64,000 nt of DNA, taken from positions 39,631 to 103,630 of the forward strand of contig CAWJKV010000011.1 in assembly GCA_963843555.1 (NCBI GenBank). Reading direction: 5' to 3'. The notes beneath the pieces are model-generated. The model worked only from the letters and a program-made list of their open reading frames with translations, did not search any database and was not told where the DNA came from. Origin of the DNA: an uncultured Methanosarcinales archaeon (GTDB taxonomy: Archaea; Halobacteriota; Methanosarcinia; Methanotrichales; Methanotrichaceae). Below are positions 36,148-48,077 of this stretch, piece by piece. Positions within the stretch are counted from its first letter, which is position 1. Each line of letters opens with the position of its first letter. Both the position numbers and the translations under genes were made by a program.

Positions 36148-37371
36148 AGTTACCCGATATGCTGGAGTTCATTGCCGTCGGCTTCAAGGCCGATCGCTTC
36201 AAGACTCTCATGTCCTCCCTCGGCATTATCATCGGCGTCATGGCCATAGTGGTGATGCTCTCTGTGGGCGAGGGACTCTACTCCGGCGTATCCTCCCAGT
36301 TTTCCAGCTCTCAATCTGGACGTGATACGCGTGATTCCGGGCACGCTTCAACTTTGGCGGCGGGCCAGCCGAGCTTTCGTACTCCTCAGGAGCCGGCCAA
36401 GTTCACCGATAAGGACACCAAGGCCCTGGAGAATGTGGTCGGAGTCAAGAATGTGGCGCCGCAGACATCTGCCAATGTTGTGATCCAGTTCCGGGACAAG
36501 AATGCCTCGGCCAGCCTCACGGGAATCGACCCGAAGAAGGAGACGGATCTGAAGAGCAAAGTCGGACTGGGCCGGTTTCTCACCAGCTCCGATTACAAAT
36601 CGATCGTCATCGGCAGCGGAGTCTCGGAGGAGTCTCTTCCGCATGATGATCACACCAGGCAACAAGATCAGGCTCTACTATCAGGATCAATACATGGACT
36701 TCACAGTGGTGGGTGTTCTCAAGGAGCAGCAGCAGACCTCTTTTGGCGGGTCCGGGCAGCAACCAGAACAATCAGATGTACATAACTCACAAGGCCATGA
36801 AGGAACTGATGGGCAGAGGAAGACTACTATTATGGCAGTTTCCAGGTGACTGTCGACGATCCGGCCCAGGTGGACAACATCATCGAGAGGATCAAAAATG
36901 ATGCTTATGAGGTATCACAAGAATGAAGCTTATGATGCCACAACTGCCCGGGATATGCTCTCCTCGCTCATGAGCATCCTCTCCATGATCAAGTATGCCT
37001 TGGCGGGATTGGAGCCATATCGCTGGTGGTGGGAGGAATCGGCATTGCCAATGTTATGATGCTCACTGTGAAAGAGAGAATTCGAGAGATAGGTGTTATG
37101 AAGGCCCTCGGAGCGACCATGCGGGATATCCGCATGCAGTACCTGCTTGAGGCCGGAGTTCTGGGCGTGGTGAGCAGCATAATCGGAATTGTCATTGGGA
37201 GTGATCGTCTCCCTGGCTATTGGAACTCTGGCAGGTCTGCCCTCGGCCATAACGCCTCAGTCTATCCTGCTCGGCATACTGTTTGGCGTGCTCACGACCA
37301 CCGTCGCCGGAGTCTATCCTGCCAACAAGGCGGCACAGCTTGATCCCATTGAGGCGTTGCGGGCGGAATAG
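36144..37371 (+). CDS. MacB/FtsX-type ABC permease (frameshifted)
   Basis: SLGIIIGVMAIV, VGGIGIANVM...ERIREIGVMKALGA and PANKAAQLDPIEALRAE. Confidence 0.9.
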
Positions 37372-37490
37372 GCTCATAAAAATCGGTTCAAATTTTTTTT
37401 TGGTAATTTTCTATCTCTTTTCCCTTTTTCTCCATTTTTCCATAAGCTTTAAGTGCTGAGTGAGTTGAACTATTCGCGGGGAATTTCAGT

Positions 37491-38404
37491 ATGGGGAAGA
37501 CTCAAATTATAGCCATAGGTCTGATACTTGTCCTGTTTTTGACGGGACTCGTATCATCGCAGGGCATGGGCAACTCGAAGAGCTACGACCAGAACAGCTA
37601 CGACTGGATGGGAACGCCTGTTGTAAGCAGCGATCCAGTCAGCACGATTATACCGGATTATCTGAATCCTTATGGTGCTCAAAGACCGGAGTGGGACCCC
37701 TATGGGCCGGGAGCCACTCCTCAATTGGGAAGGCCGGAGTGGGACCCCTACGGCGCGGGCTCAGACTCTTTTGGCTTAACCCTTGAGCCCAAAGATCCGG
37801 CTCTTGAGGGTTTGACGATCGAAGGGGGTATCAAGCTCTCCAATCAGCTTTACATGCAAGCAGGTTCACAGCTCCTAAGTCAGGGCGAGGTACCTCTGGG
37901 CATGCCGTATGCGCTCTGGGCGAGAGTAACCGGGAAGGGGCAGCTTCCTTCTCTACGATTACAACCGCCAGATCTTAAACCAGGGCTATGTCACATCGGG
38001 CTGGTATAGGATAAATGGAACTTATGGGGATTATCTTGGCCAGCATATGTATCGCTTCATTTCTGCGGGAATGCCGAGCAATAATCTATCCGTTAATGTG
38101 GGATCCGGAGGCTATCCTGGCTCCTTCAGCCTGACCGGCAGGGTGTTGGATCAGAACGGTCAGGGAATGCCGGGAGTGAGGGTAACCGTATCCAATAATG
38201 ATGGCGGGAGATTCTCAACTGTGACGGGATCCGGCGGGTACTATGCTATTGATGTAGCAACAGGAGTTTATCTTGTCAATGCTGAGGCTCCCGGATATGT
38301 GTTCACACAGACCCTGGTTCAGGCAATAAGCGGAGCTGGTATCAGCCGCAAGGCCTGTGGTTGGGACCCCTGCGAACAGCGCTCTGCCTGCCATCTGGCA
38401 GTGA
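37491..38404 (+). CDS. Secreted protein with carboxypeptidase-regulatory-like C-terminal domain (frameshifted)
   Basis: Signal peptide; RPEWDPYG twice; LTGRVLDQNGQGMPGVRVTV...GVYLVNAEAPGY. Confidence 0.6.
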
Positions 38405-38730
38405 TGAGATGCTCAAATTTTTTGCAATATTTTGCTATCGATTCGACAATCAAGATAGGTTGATAAAAAATAGCGATGATGGCTCCCGTCTCTGGCATTG
38501 TCTTACCTGGGCGGCACCATGTAATTCCAGCGCCAGACTTTGAAGCTCGTCGCCATTATTCCCAGAAAGATAACCAGTATCAACAGGGCTTGAAGCCACT
38601 CAATGATTGTAATTGCATCCATACCTACACCAGATGAGAGCCTTCTCTTTTATCTGATAAAGGTTTTGCATGCAAAAGATGATATGGGGTGAGGTTATCT
38701 CTCCCCCGATAAATGCACCGAGGCCAAAAG

Positions 38731-39648
38731 ATGCTAAATGTGACCTTCCTTGGAACCGCAGGATCGCTTCCCACGCCGGAGAGAAATCCTTCGGCCATCC
38801 TCATCAACCGCGAGGGAGAGATGATGCTCTTCGATTGCGGAGAAGGCACTCAAAGACAGATGATGCGTGCCAGAACCGGCATGATGCGCTTGAACTACAT
38901 CTTTCTGACTCACCTGCATGCTGATCACATCCTGGGCATTCCCGGCCTTTTGGAGACCATGGCCTTCCAGGGAAGGGTGGAGCCAATCGCTATAGTTGGT
39001 CCCGCGAATACCGGGCGCCTGGTGGAGAGCTTCAAGGCGGTCTGTTACTTTTCGCGCAAGTTCGATGTCAGGGCGGTCGAATTGGAGCCGGGAGATGTGC
39101 TGAAGATGGACGGCTATCATGTGGAGGCCATTGAGAGCCGCCACAGCGTGCCGAGCCTCGGCTATGTTCTGGAAGAGGACCAGCGTCTGGGAAGATTCAA
39201 CCGCGACGCGGCCGTATCCTTGGGAATACCTCCAGGACCTCTCTTCGGAAAGCTGCAGCATGGCCAGACGGTAGATGTAGACGGCAAGACGATTCAGCCC
39301 CATCAGGTCATGGGCCCGGCCCGACCGGGCAGAAAGATCGTCTACACTGGAGATACGAGGCCCTGCAAGTCAGTGGAGGTCGCGAGCATTGGCGCCGATC
39401 TCCTCATCCATGACTGTGCTCTCGCCAATGATATGGCAGATTGGGCCAAAGAGACGAAACACAGCACTGCCGGAGAGGCGGCAGAGGTGGCTAGACGCGC
39501 CGATGTGAGGCTGCTCGTTTTAACCCATATAAGCTCCCGCTATTCTGAAGACACTTCCCGGCTCTTGGATGAGGCAAAGTCCATCTTCGAGAGAACTGTG
39601 GTGGCAGAGGATCTGATGTCACTGGAAGTCAGGCTGAGGGATGAGTGA
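38731..39648 (+). CDS. rnz: Ribonuclease Z
   Basis: FLGTAGSLPT, FDCGEGTQ, THLHADH, GP-rich exosite, YTGDT and LTHISSRY. Confidence 0.95.
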   Translation: MLNVTFLGTAGSLPTPERNPSAILINREGEMMLFDCGEGTQRQMMRARTGMMRLNYIFLTHLHADHILGIPGLLETMAFQGRVEPIAIVGPANTGRLVESFKAVCYFSRKFDVRAVELEPGDVLKMDGYHVEAIESRHSVPSLGYVLEEDQRLGRFNRDAAVSLGIPPGPLFGKLQHGQTVDVDGKTIQPHQVMGPARPGRKIVYTGDTRPCKSVEVASIGADLLIHDCALANDMADWAKETKHSTAGEAAEVARRADVRLLVLTHISSRYSEDTSRLLDEAKSIFERTVVAEDLMSLEVRLRDE

Positions 39649-39659
39649 ATTGAGGATGA

Positions 39660-40202
39660 TTATATCTCTCGTTTTGATCCTCTTTCGCTCTTCTTTTCGC
39701 GCTCCTCGTTCATAGCCAACAAGATCTGTCGCGAAAATTCATCGTCTCTGCCAATGAGGGCGATGTCCAGTGATTCCATGGCGCAATCGATCATATCCCG
39801 GGTGTGGGCGAGGTCCATGCCTTTGCTCTCCGATTCGATGCCTCTTTGAAATATGGCATCGATTTCATCAGGCGGCAGACCGAGGGCAGTCGCAGCGGAA
39901 ATGGCCCGACCGAACATTTCCATGTCGATGTAGTACTGCAGGCCTTCCCTGTAGAGGCTCTCTGATTCGCCGTCTCGCTTCGCATTCTTGGCAATCAGGG
40001 CTGCCCAGAGGTAGTCTCCGGCATCCACCAGGATCTGGATGGCCCTATCGATCATACCTTTGTCTCTGGCCAAAACGACTGCAAACTCTATTTCGCCAGC
40101 CTGGGCGAGCACCTTTACACCGTCTTCAGCCAGATCATCAGGCAGGTTGTTCCGGTTTTCCACCAAGTAGGTCACCTTTTGATCGAAAGGCATCCTCATC
40201 AA
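39660..40202 (-). CDS. Hypothetical helical-repeat protein
   Basis: Intact 180-aa ORF with plausible composition; no recognised motif. Confidence 0.6.
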   Translation of the reverse strand: MMRMPFDQKVTYLVENRNNLPDDLAEDGVKVLAQAGEIEFAVVLARDKGMIDRAIQILVDAGDYLWAALIAKNAKRDGESESLYREGLQYYIDMEMFGRAISAATALGLPPDEIDAIFQRGIESESKGMDLAHTRDMIDCAMESLDIALIGRDDEFSRQILLAMNEEREKKSERGSKREI

Positions 40203-40577
40203 ATTCGTCTTTCAAACTCAAGTCCCCTTTGTGGAATAGAAATTCGCCAGCAAATAAGGCTTTGGACAGCATCTGCGCTGCATTTCCAGTGAACCATCTT
40301 TTAGGGCGATTGATCACTCTTTTCAAATAATCATTAGAAAAAATAGATATTAATAAACAAATAGTAAATTCGCAGTTGCCGCAATGCCGAGTATCTTTTA
40401 AAAATTTAGGAAGTTACTCAATTGCTATATAAAATTATGGGCTAGATGTATTGATAAATAATCGCTCCTTCTATCCTGGTCGAATAATCTAATCTACAAA
40501 AAGATATATAGTTGTACTTACAAATCTGAAGATGTCAGACGATTCAGAGTAGGAGCCAAGGAAGAAGGATTAACTGC

Positions 40578-43385
40578 ATGGATAGAAGAATCGTATCCCT
40601 CAAGAAGTGATGAAGATGGGGAATTCAACGAAAATCAGTCTCATCATATTCCGACGGCAAAGAGCCGGTTTTTGCCCCAAAAAGGGATTCGAAGCTTCTG
40701 CGTAATTCTATGATCGTGGCAGTTGCCATTTATGTGGTCTTATCTATTCTTTGGATATCTATTGAAGGACGACCCCGAAGCCATCTTATTTTACTCGGAT
40801 TGGATTCCATTTCCCATCAACATAATGATGACTATTTGCATGTTTTATGCCGCCCGATTGTCTCAAGAAGTGAACCGAAAGGTCTTCTTCGCCTGGTTGA
40901 TGATGGCCCTGGGAGAACTTTGCTTCACTCTGGGGGATGCCTCTTGGGCATATATTGAGACGGTTCAGAAACAGGATCCTCTTGCGTCCCTGTCGGATAT
41001 TCCCAATCTCTTGACCTATCTCTTCTTCGTGATAGGCCTCCTTCTCCTGCCGTCAGCTCTTCACTCAAAGCGAGACAGAATCAAGATGGGGCTGGATACA
41101 ATCATCATAATCATAACGTCGGTTCTCTTTTTCTGGCCGCTCATGATAGAGCCCACCATCGTTCAAAATATCGAGGCTGATAGCCTGACTAGTAGCCCTC
41201 TCGCTGGCCTATCCGATTCTGGATCTGTTACTGCTCTTCTTTGTGGCCCATTTGCTCTTCCGGAAGCTGAACCTTCCCGGGCACGAGGCACTCAAGCTCC
41301 TGGTCTTGGGTTGTTGGTATCTGGATTGCTACAGATACCATTTTCTTGCGCCAGACTCTGGACGAAACCTATCTCGCCGGTGGCTTCGTCGATAGCGGCT
41401 ACATTGCAGTTTATCTTTTCATGGGTCTGGCAGCCATTGCCCAGGTAGAGGCCGTAAAGAGAGGCGACTTTAACTCGAATCCCACGGGTTGAGGCGCGAT
41501 ACGATCAGAATGCATGGCCTTCATATCTCCCCTATCTATGTGTGGTGGGAGCCTTTTCCATGCTTATCTGGGACCACTACTATAATCTTGCTTTATCCTT
41601 CACCGCCCTTTCGACCAGCGTAGGAATAATTGTAGGCCTTGTTATCGTCCGGCAGATCCTGTTATTGAATGAAAATGCAGAGCTTTATGGTGGTGCACAG
41701 CAAGAGATAATGGAACGAAAGCGTGCAGAGCAGGAGATCACGCGCCTCAATGAGGGGCTGGAAGAGAGGGTGAGACTTCGCACCTCTGAACTCGAGGCCG
41801 CCAACAGGGACCTTCAAATAGCCAAGGATAGAGCGGAGTCGTTCACCAGAGCAAAATCGGAATTCCTGGCCAACATGAGCCATGAGATTCGCACGCCCAT
41901 GAATGCCGTCATAGGCATGACCGGTCTGCTCCTGGAGACGGATCTTAAGTCGGAGCAGCGTGACTTCCTGGAGACCATTCAAAAGAGCGGAAATGGATTG
42001 CTGACCATAATCAATGATATCCTGGACTTCTCCAAGATCGATGGAGAGAAACTCGAGCTGGAAAGCCATCCATTCGATTTGCGTGGCTGCATTGAAGACT
42101 CTCTGGATCTGGTGGCAGCAAGAGCCGCTGAGAAGGGTCTGGAACTGGCTTATTTCCTGGAAGACGGTTTTCCGGAGAAGGTCGAGGGAGATGTAACCCG
42201 TCTGCGGCAGGTTCTGGTCAATCTCCTGGGTAATGCTGTGAAGTTCACGGAGAAGGGCGAAGTGACATTATCTGCGAGCTCCAAACCTGTTGAAGAAGGA
42301 AAAATCGAGCTCCATTTTGCGGTTAAGGATACTGGGATTGGCATATCTTTGGAGAACCAGGGCAAGCTCTTCCAGTCCTTCACTCAGGTCGACTCCTCCA
42401 TTACCAGAAACTACGGCGGCACTGGCCTTGGTCTTGCCATAAGCTGGAAGCTGGTGGAACTGATGGGCGGCAGGATCTGGACGGAGAGCGAGGAAGGAAA
42501 AGGCAGCACCTTTTACTTCACTATAATGGCAGAGTCGCCCAGTTTCAAGGAAGAGACCCTCGATTCAAAACTGGCAGGAAAGAGGGTGCTTGTTGTTGAT
42601 GACAGCGATTCCGCTCGCAAGATGCTGCTGGCGGCCGCTCGGTCTATGAACGTCGTCGCCAGCATGGCCTCAAGCCTGGCAGAAGCGAGGTCAAAGATCG
42701 AGGGAGAAGCCTTTGATATTGTTATTCTGGATACCGTGATGAATGATTTGGATGGCCGGGATCTCGCCAGGGATATCAAGAGCGGCAAATGCGGGCCGGT
42801 TCGGCTATTGCTCCTCGCGCCCGTTGGCTATCAAAGCACTTCAAAGGTGCAGGCGGACGGTTGGCTGACAAAGCCGGTCAGGACTCTTGCGCTTCGCAAT
42901 ATCCTCATCGAACTTGTCTCCCCCCGTGAATTGGAAAAGGTGAAAGCAGAAATCATTGGGCCCAATGCTGCTGATATGAAACAACGAGCAACAAAAAGCA
43001 ACAGCAACTGTCGCTTCGCATTCTGATGGCGGAAGACAACCCGGTTAACCAGAAGGTTGCCTTGAGCATGCTGAAGCGTCTGGGATACAAGGCGGATGTA
43101 GCGATAAATGGATTAGAGGTTTTGCAGGCCCTGAAAAAGAAGACTTATGATGTGGTCTTAATGGATGTGCAGATGCCGGAGATGGATGGACTGGAGGCAA
43201 CGCGCCTCATTCGAGACTCCGGATTGAACACTCGCATCATCGCCATGACAGCTCATGCCCTGGAGGGGGATAGGGACGAGTGCTTGCAGGCGGGAATGAA
43301 TGAGTACATCACCAAACCGATCAGCATGGAAGAGCTGCGCAAAGTCCTGGAGGTATGCGGCGAGAGCTGTGCGGCTGCAGGGTAG
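40578..43385 (+). CDS. Membrane hybrid sensor histidine kinase with two receiver domains (frameshifted)
   Basis: Multi-TM N-terminus; [36 protein letters not shown]; receivers VLVVDD and MAEDN...[11 protein letters not shown]. Confidence 0.9.
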
Positions 43386-43867
43386 CAGATGCTGGGAATC
43401 TTTTTGACATAATTCCGAGATACGACCTGAGTCTCGATCGTTCTCCATCAATAATGGCATGTGAGCTGTTCGCATATGAGCCACGTTTGGGACCTTTTTA
43501 AAGACGTTAGGAGATACGCTAATGTCATTAAATTGCAGACGGGACCTGTCCTATAGAGGCGAGGACGGCTCTTTTTCTTCTGGGGTACCGCGAGTCGGCT
43601 TGCTAGCCGCGGCTACCGGGGGCGCCGCTCCAGGCCGCAGCCGGCCAAGCGACGGCGGTTAAGCTTTAGACTTTTTCGAGAGTTCCAATGTCTAGATGTA
43701 GCCACGACTTTTTGCATGAGGTCGAGTCGGTGATGTCAAAGCATCCTGACTTCCATCCGCCATATGTGAACCCCGTCCTGAGCTCATGGGCGTTCTGTCT
43801 TCAATACCACCACATGGATCCCTATTTCGCCACGATCATTCTTAAATTCTAAGAGCGCCGCTATTCA

Positions 43868-44092
43868 ATGATGAAATACTCAGTCATCCTGGAACCTCAA
43901 GAGGAAGGTGGATTTACTGCCCGCTGCCTGGAGCTTCCGGGTGCAATCAGCCAGGGCGAAACAAAGACAGAAGCTCTGGAGAACATCAAAGAGGCCATCA
44001 GTCTAATTCTGGAAGTGTTCCGCGAAGATCTGGAAAGCCTGAATCGCACCAACTCTGAGGTTCTCAAGGTAGAACTTGCCGATGTCTTCTAA
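43868..44092 (+). CDS. hicB: HicB-like antitoxin
   Basis: EEGGFTARCLELPGAISQGETKTEALENIKEAI. Confidence 0.88.
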   Translation: MMKYSVILEPQEEGGFTARCLELPGAISQGETKTEALENIKEAISLILEVFREDLESLNRTNSEVLKVELADVF

Positions 44093-44294
44093 GCTGCCGG
44101 TCCTCTCTGGCGAGAAGCTGATAAAAATTTTGGTCCGAGAGGGATTCACCGTCAGGAAGCAGTCGGGAAGCCATGTCGTGATGCAAAAGGCTGAACGAGT
44201 CTTTGCCGTTCCTCTGCATGAAGAGCTGAAGAAAGGGACACTAAATGCGATTTTGAAGCAGGCTGGCCTGGAGATAGAAGATCTGCAAAAATAA
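44082..44294 (+). CDS. hicA: HicA-like toxin
   Basis: GFTVRKQSGSHVVM...VPLHEELKKGTLNAILKQAG. Confidence 0.9.
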   Translation: MSSKLPVLSGEKLIKILVREGFTVRKQSGSHVVMQKAERVFAVPLHEELKKGTLNAILKQAGLEIEDLQK

Positions 44295-44342
44295 TCAATG
44301 CAAGATATAAACTATTCCCGGACAGGCACGACTGAATTTGCT

Positions 44343-44651
44343 TCACTTTTTATAGAGCATCTTCCCTTCTTTGAGAGCCATCTTGATAAAAGGCCGGTGC
44401 TTCATCTCCTCGAACTCCTGGGTGTGTAGACCAGCACATCCATGGCCTCCCTGGCATCATCATAGAACTCGTCCAGCCGATCAAGAAATCTCATCTGGGT
44501 ATCCTTCACTACGATCAGGTCGATATCGCTGTGATCGCGGGCGTCGCCTCTGGCCAGAGAGCCGAATAGGAGGACCAGTCGCACGCTTGGGATCGCTCTT
44601 CAGCCGCGTCAGGATTCTCTCCAGCTCTGCATTCAGCTCAGCCACTGTCAT
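44343..44651 (-). CDS. Minimal nucleotidyltransferase (MNT), frameshifted, no adjacent HEPN partner
   Basis: LFGSLARGDARDHSDIDLIVV...DVLVYTP. Confidence 0.8.
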
Positions 44652-44732
44652 GGAATTTTCAGATTACCAGATTGGAATTGGCAGTATTGCCTTTTTTAGC
44701 TTGCCATATGACGGTCAACTATGTGAAATATT

Positions 44733-45143
44733 TTACTTTATATTTAACTTTAAAATATCCGTAGGCGTCGCCTTTCCTCGCTTTGTTCTATCAAAATCGC
44801 TATCAAAACTGACTAAGATGAGATTGTATTTCTCTGCCAGAGCATATTGATAGGCATCATCATAATCGAGCTTGAATCTTCTGGAGGCTTGGATGACCTT
44901 TTGCATATCTTCTGGGCCTAGCCGTATCAGGCGAATACCTCCCACCAAAAGCATATCCTCCACAGCTTTCAAGAAAATATCATGCATGACGCGACGTACC
45001 AATGCAACACCAATCGAATCTAATGAGAATTCAGATATGCAGAGCATCTCCGGAGGTGTTTCCAGAAGGAGCCGTTCTACTTCATCTGCTCTTTTCTGGT
45101 TAAGTAGCAGCTCCAGGAGAATGTTAGTATCCAGGAGATACAT
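44733..45143 (-). CDS. vapC: VapC/PIN-domain toxin
   Basis: MYLLDTNILLE, LDYDDAYQY and VSFDSDFD. Confidence 0.9.
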   Translation of the reverse strand: MYLLDTNILLELLLNQKRADEVERLLLETPPEMLCISEFSLDSIGVALVRRVMHDIFLKAVEDMLLVGGIRLIRLGPEDMQKVIQASRRFKLDYDDAYQYALAEKYNLILVSFDSDFDRTKRGKATPTDILKLNIK

Positions 45144-45349
45144 CAATCTCCTCTCCACTCCAGGATCTTGTGCTGCAGCTCCACCGATGTGTACTGATCC
45201 TTCATATCTTCCAAAGCTCCCCTCCAATCCAGCTTCAAGCGACCTTTCGGCTTTCGCCCTCGCTTCTCCATCAGGAACCTTGCGAAATCGGCGACCTCTT
45301 GATGGAGATCAGGAGGAAGCTCTTTGATTACTTCTTCCAGCTCTGACAT
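45143..45349 (-). CDS. DUF2281-like antitoxin
   Basis: LPPDLHQEVADFARFL...WRGAL...SVELQHKILEWR; TGATG overlap with the PIN gene. Confidence 0.8.
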   Translation of the reverse strand: MSELEEVIKELPPDLHQEVADFARFLMEKRGRKPKGRLKLDWRGALEDMKDQYTSVELQHKILEWRGD

Positions 45350-45582
45350 GGGAATGACATCCTTTCAAGTATGACTTCCGTCTTCTTTCAAGATCAATAT
45401 GACGATCAACGCTTCAAAAGTGCAATACATAACCTGGCAGATGAACGCCCACTACTATGATATCCATTATATTCGATAAAATGAGCATGGCGATTTTAAT
45501 AGTTATCCTAATTTAAATAGGAACGAAGGTCCATTCTCTCCTTCCGAGTGGACCTTCTTTCATCTTTGCTCTACTTCCTACT

Positions 45583-47028
45583 CTACTTCCTCGCCGACAT
45601 CTCCAGCACCTTGACCGCTTGCGCCCCGGCCTCCAGGATCTCCAGGTTCTTGGGGATGAGCTTGGGCTTCTTGGCGAAGGTGACGCGGAAGGCATTGCCG
45701 TAAGCCTCACGGGGCAGCCCCAGCTTTCCGGCCTGCATCAGCGCCCCGAACATGGCGGTGTTGGCCGCCATCTGAGCTCCCTTATCCGCGGCAATCTCCG
45801 TCGCCGGGACGGATATGGCCCGAACTCCCTCCGGGGCCTGGAACTGTCCGGCCAGCGAGTCATACAGGATCACTCCTCCCTTCTTGACCGAAGGCGCAAA
45901 CTTCTCCAGAGAGGGCCGGTTGAAGGCCACGAGCACATCAGGATGATCAACCACTGGCGAGCCGATGGGCTCTCCGGATATGATCACTGAGCAGTTGGAG
46001 GTCCCGCCCCGCTGCTCGGGCCCATAGTCAGGGTACCAGGAGACAAACCGCCCGCATCCAAAAGCTGCCTGGGCCAGAGCCAAACCCATGCTCAATACAC
46101 CCTGCCCTCCGAAGCCGGCGATCTTCACCCCCTTTGGCGCAAACTCAGGGTCCTTCTGGAACTCGACACAAACATTGCCCTCGCAGCCGAAGATCTTATC
46201 CAGGGACTCCCGGGAAAAGTCGCTATTCGGCCTGATGATGGATTCCGCCTCATTGGATCTGTCCCTGAACCTCTTCAGGGGAAACTCCTTTTCCATCTGC
46301 TCGTTGATGAACCTGGTAACAGCCGCCGCGTCCATCCTCAATATGGTGGGGCAGGGCGAGAGCAATTCCACAAAGGCATAGCCCTTTTTCTCCCTCTGAA
46401 TCTCCAGAGCCTTTCTCACCGCCCGGCGCGCTTTACGAATATGCTCGATGTCCGAGAGGCTGGCCCGCTCAATGAAGACAGGTGCTTTGAGGGTGTCCAG
46501 CATCTCGCAAATATGGATGGGATAGCCCTGATCCTGGGGATCGCGGCCTGCCGGAGTTGTAGCCGTAACCTCGCCGATCAATGTTGTTGGTGCCATCTGG
46601 CCTCCGGTCATGCCGTAAACTGTATTGTTGATGAAGAATACGGCCAATTTTTCTCCCCGGTTGGCGGCCTGAATGGTCTCATTAAGCCCGATGGAAGCCA
46701 GGTCTCCATCTCCCTGATAGGCGATGACGATGGCATCATCCTCTGCCCTGGAGATGCCCGTAGCGATAGCAGGAGCCCTTCCGTGAGCGGCCTGCACATG
46801 CCCGGAATCCAGGTAGTAGTAGGCGAAGACTGCACAGCCTACAGGGCTGATCACGACGCACCTATCCTGAATGCCCAGATCCGCCATGGCCTCGCCTATG
46901 AGCTTATGCAGTATCCCGTGACCGCAGCCCGGACAATAATGGGTGGCTGTTTGCGCAGACCCGCCCTTGCGGGGAAACTGGGCATACAGTCCCGGATGCC
47001 CTCCAATCAATTTCTCTTTCGCAGCCAT
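45583..47028 (-). CDS. vorA: 2-oxoacid:ferredoxin oxidoreductase fused beta+gamma subunit (VorA-like)
   Basis: [29 protein letters not shown], then AGFGGQG and YGPEQRGG. Confidence 0.85.
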   Translation of the reverse strand: MAAKEKLIGGHPGLYAQFPRKGGSAQTATHYCPGCGHGILHKLIGEAMADLGIQDRCVVISPVGCAVFAYYYLDSGHVQAAHGRAPAIATGISRAEDDAIVIAYQGDGDLASIGLNETIQAANRGEKLAVFFINNTVYGMTGGQMAPTTLIGEVTATTPAGRDPQDQGYPIHICEMLDTLKAPVFIERASLSDIEHIRKARRAVRKALEIQREKKGYAFVELLSPCPTILRMDAAAVTRFINEQMEKEFPLKRFRDRSNEAESIIRPNSDFSRESLDKIFGCEGNVCVEFQKDPEFAPKGVKIAGFGGQGVLSMGLALAQAAFGCGRFVSWYPDYGPEQRGGTSNCSVIISGEPIGSPVVDHPDVLVAFNRPSLEKFAPSVKKGGVILYDSLAGQFQAPEGVRAISVPATEIAADKGAQMAANTAMFGALMQAGKLGLPREAYGNAFRVTFAKKPKLIPKNLEILEAGAQAVKVLEMSARK

Positions 47029-47029
47029 G

Positions 47030-48075
47030 TCACGCCACCTCCCTGATCTTCTCCATGATCTGATCGATATTGATCAGATTTCCTCCATAGCGGCAGACCA
47101 GTTCCACGGGCTGGCAGCCACTGGCGAGGCGAATGTCCTCACGCATCTGGCCGTTGCTCATCTCCACGGATATGAACTTGCAGCCGCGTTCGGCGAGCCT
47201 GCATAATCTCCTCCTCCGGGAAGGGCAGGAGCGTAACAGGCCGGAATAGCCCTGCCTTGATGCCCTCCTTTCGGGCCGCATCGACTGCAGAGCGAGCGAT
47301 CCTGCTGCTGATACCGTAGGAGACCAGTACAACATCGGCATCATCCAGCCTGTATCCAACCCATGTGACCTCGTTCTCCTTTATGCGTTGATACTTCTCT
47401 TGCAGCCTGAAGTTGTGCCTCTCCAGATCATCGAAGTTGAGAAAGATGGAGGTCACCAGATTTCCTCTCGTCTCGGCGTTGCCGGCTACCGCCCAGGTGG
47501 TGTCGATAGTAGGCAGCACTGCAGTTTCCGGGAACTGCAGAGGCTCAACCATATGGCCGAGCACGCCGTCCGCCAGAACCACAACAGGGTTGCGGTACTT
47601 GAAGGCCAGCTCGAAGGCCTTGACAGTCAAGTCGCACATCTCCTGGACGCTTCCGGGCGCAAGAACGATATTGTTGTAGCAGCCGTGCCCCCCTCCCTTG
47701 CAGGTCTGGTTGTAGTCCGATTGCTCAGGCCCGATGTTGCCCAGCCCTGGTCCAGCCCGGCAGATGTCAACTATGACGCAGGGAAGCTCAGCTCCGGCGA
47801 TGTAGCTTATGCCCTCTTGCTTCAGGCTCATGCCGGGACCTGAGGATGCCGCCAGCACACGATGGCCGGCTGCTGGCCGCCCCGTAGACCATATTGATTG
47901 CCGCTTCTTCCGATTCCGCCTGCACGAACTTGCGTCCCAGCTTGGGGAAGTATCGAGAGGCTTCGTGCAATATCTCACTGGCAGGAGTTATGGGATAGCC
48001 AAAGAAGCAGTCGCAGCCTGCATAAAGTGCTCCGACAACCACAGCGCTGTTTCCCGCTACTAACTGAGATGCCAT
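47030..48075 (-). CDS. vorB: 2-oxoacid:ferredoxin oxidoreductase alpha subunit (VorB-like), frameshifted
   Basis: [40 protein letters not shown] and VEMSNGQM. Confidence 0.85.
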
Positions 48076-48077
48076 TT

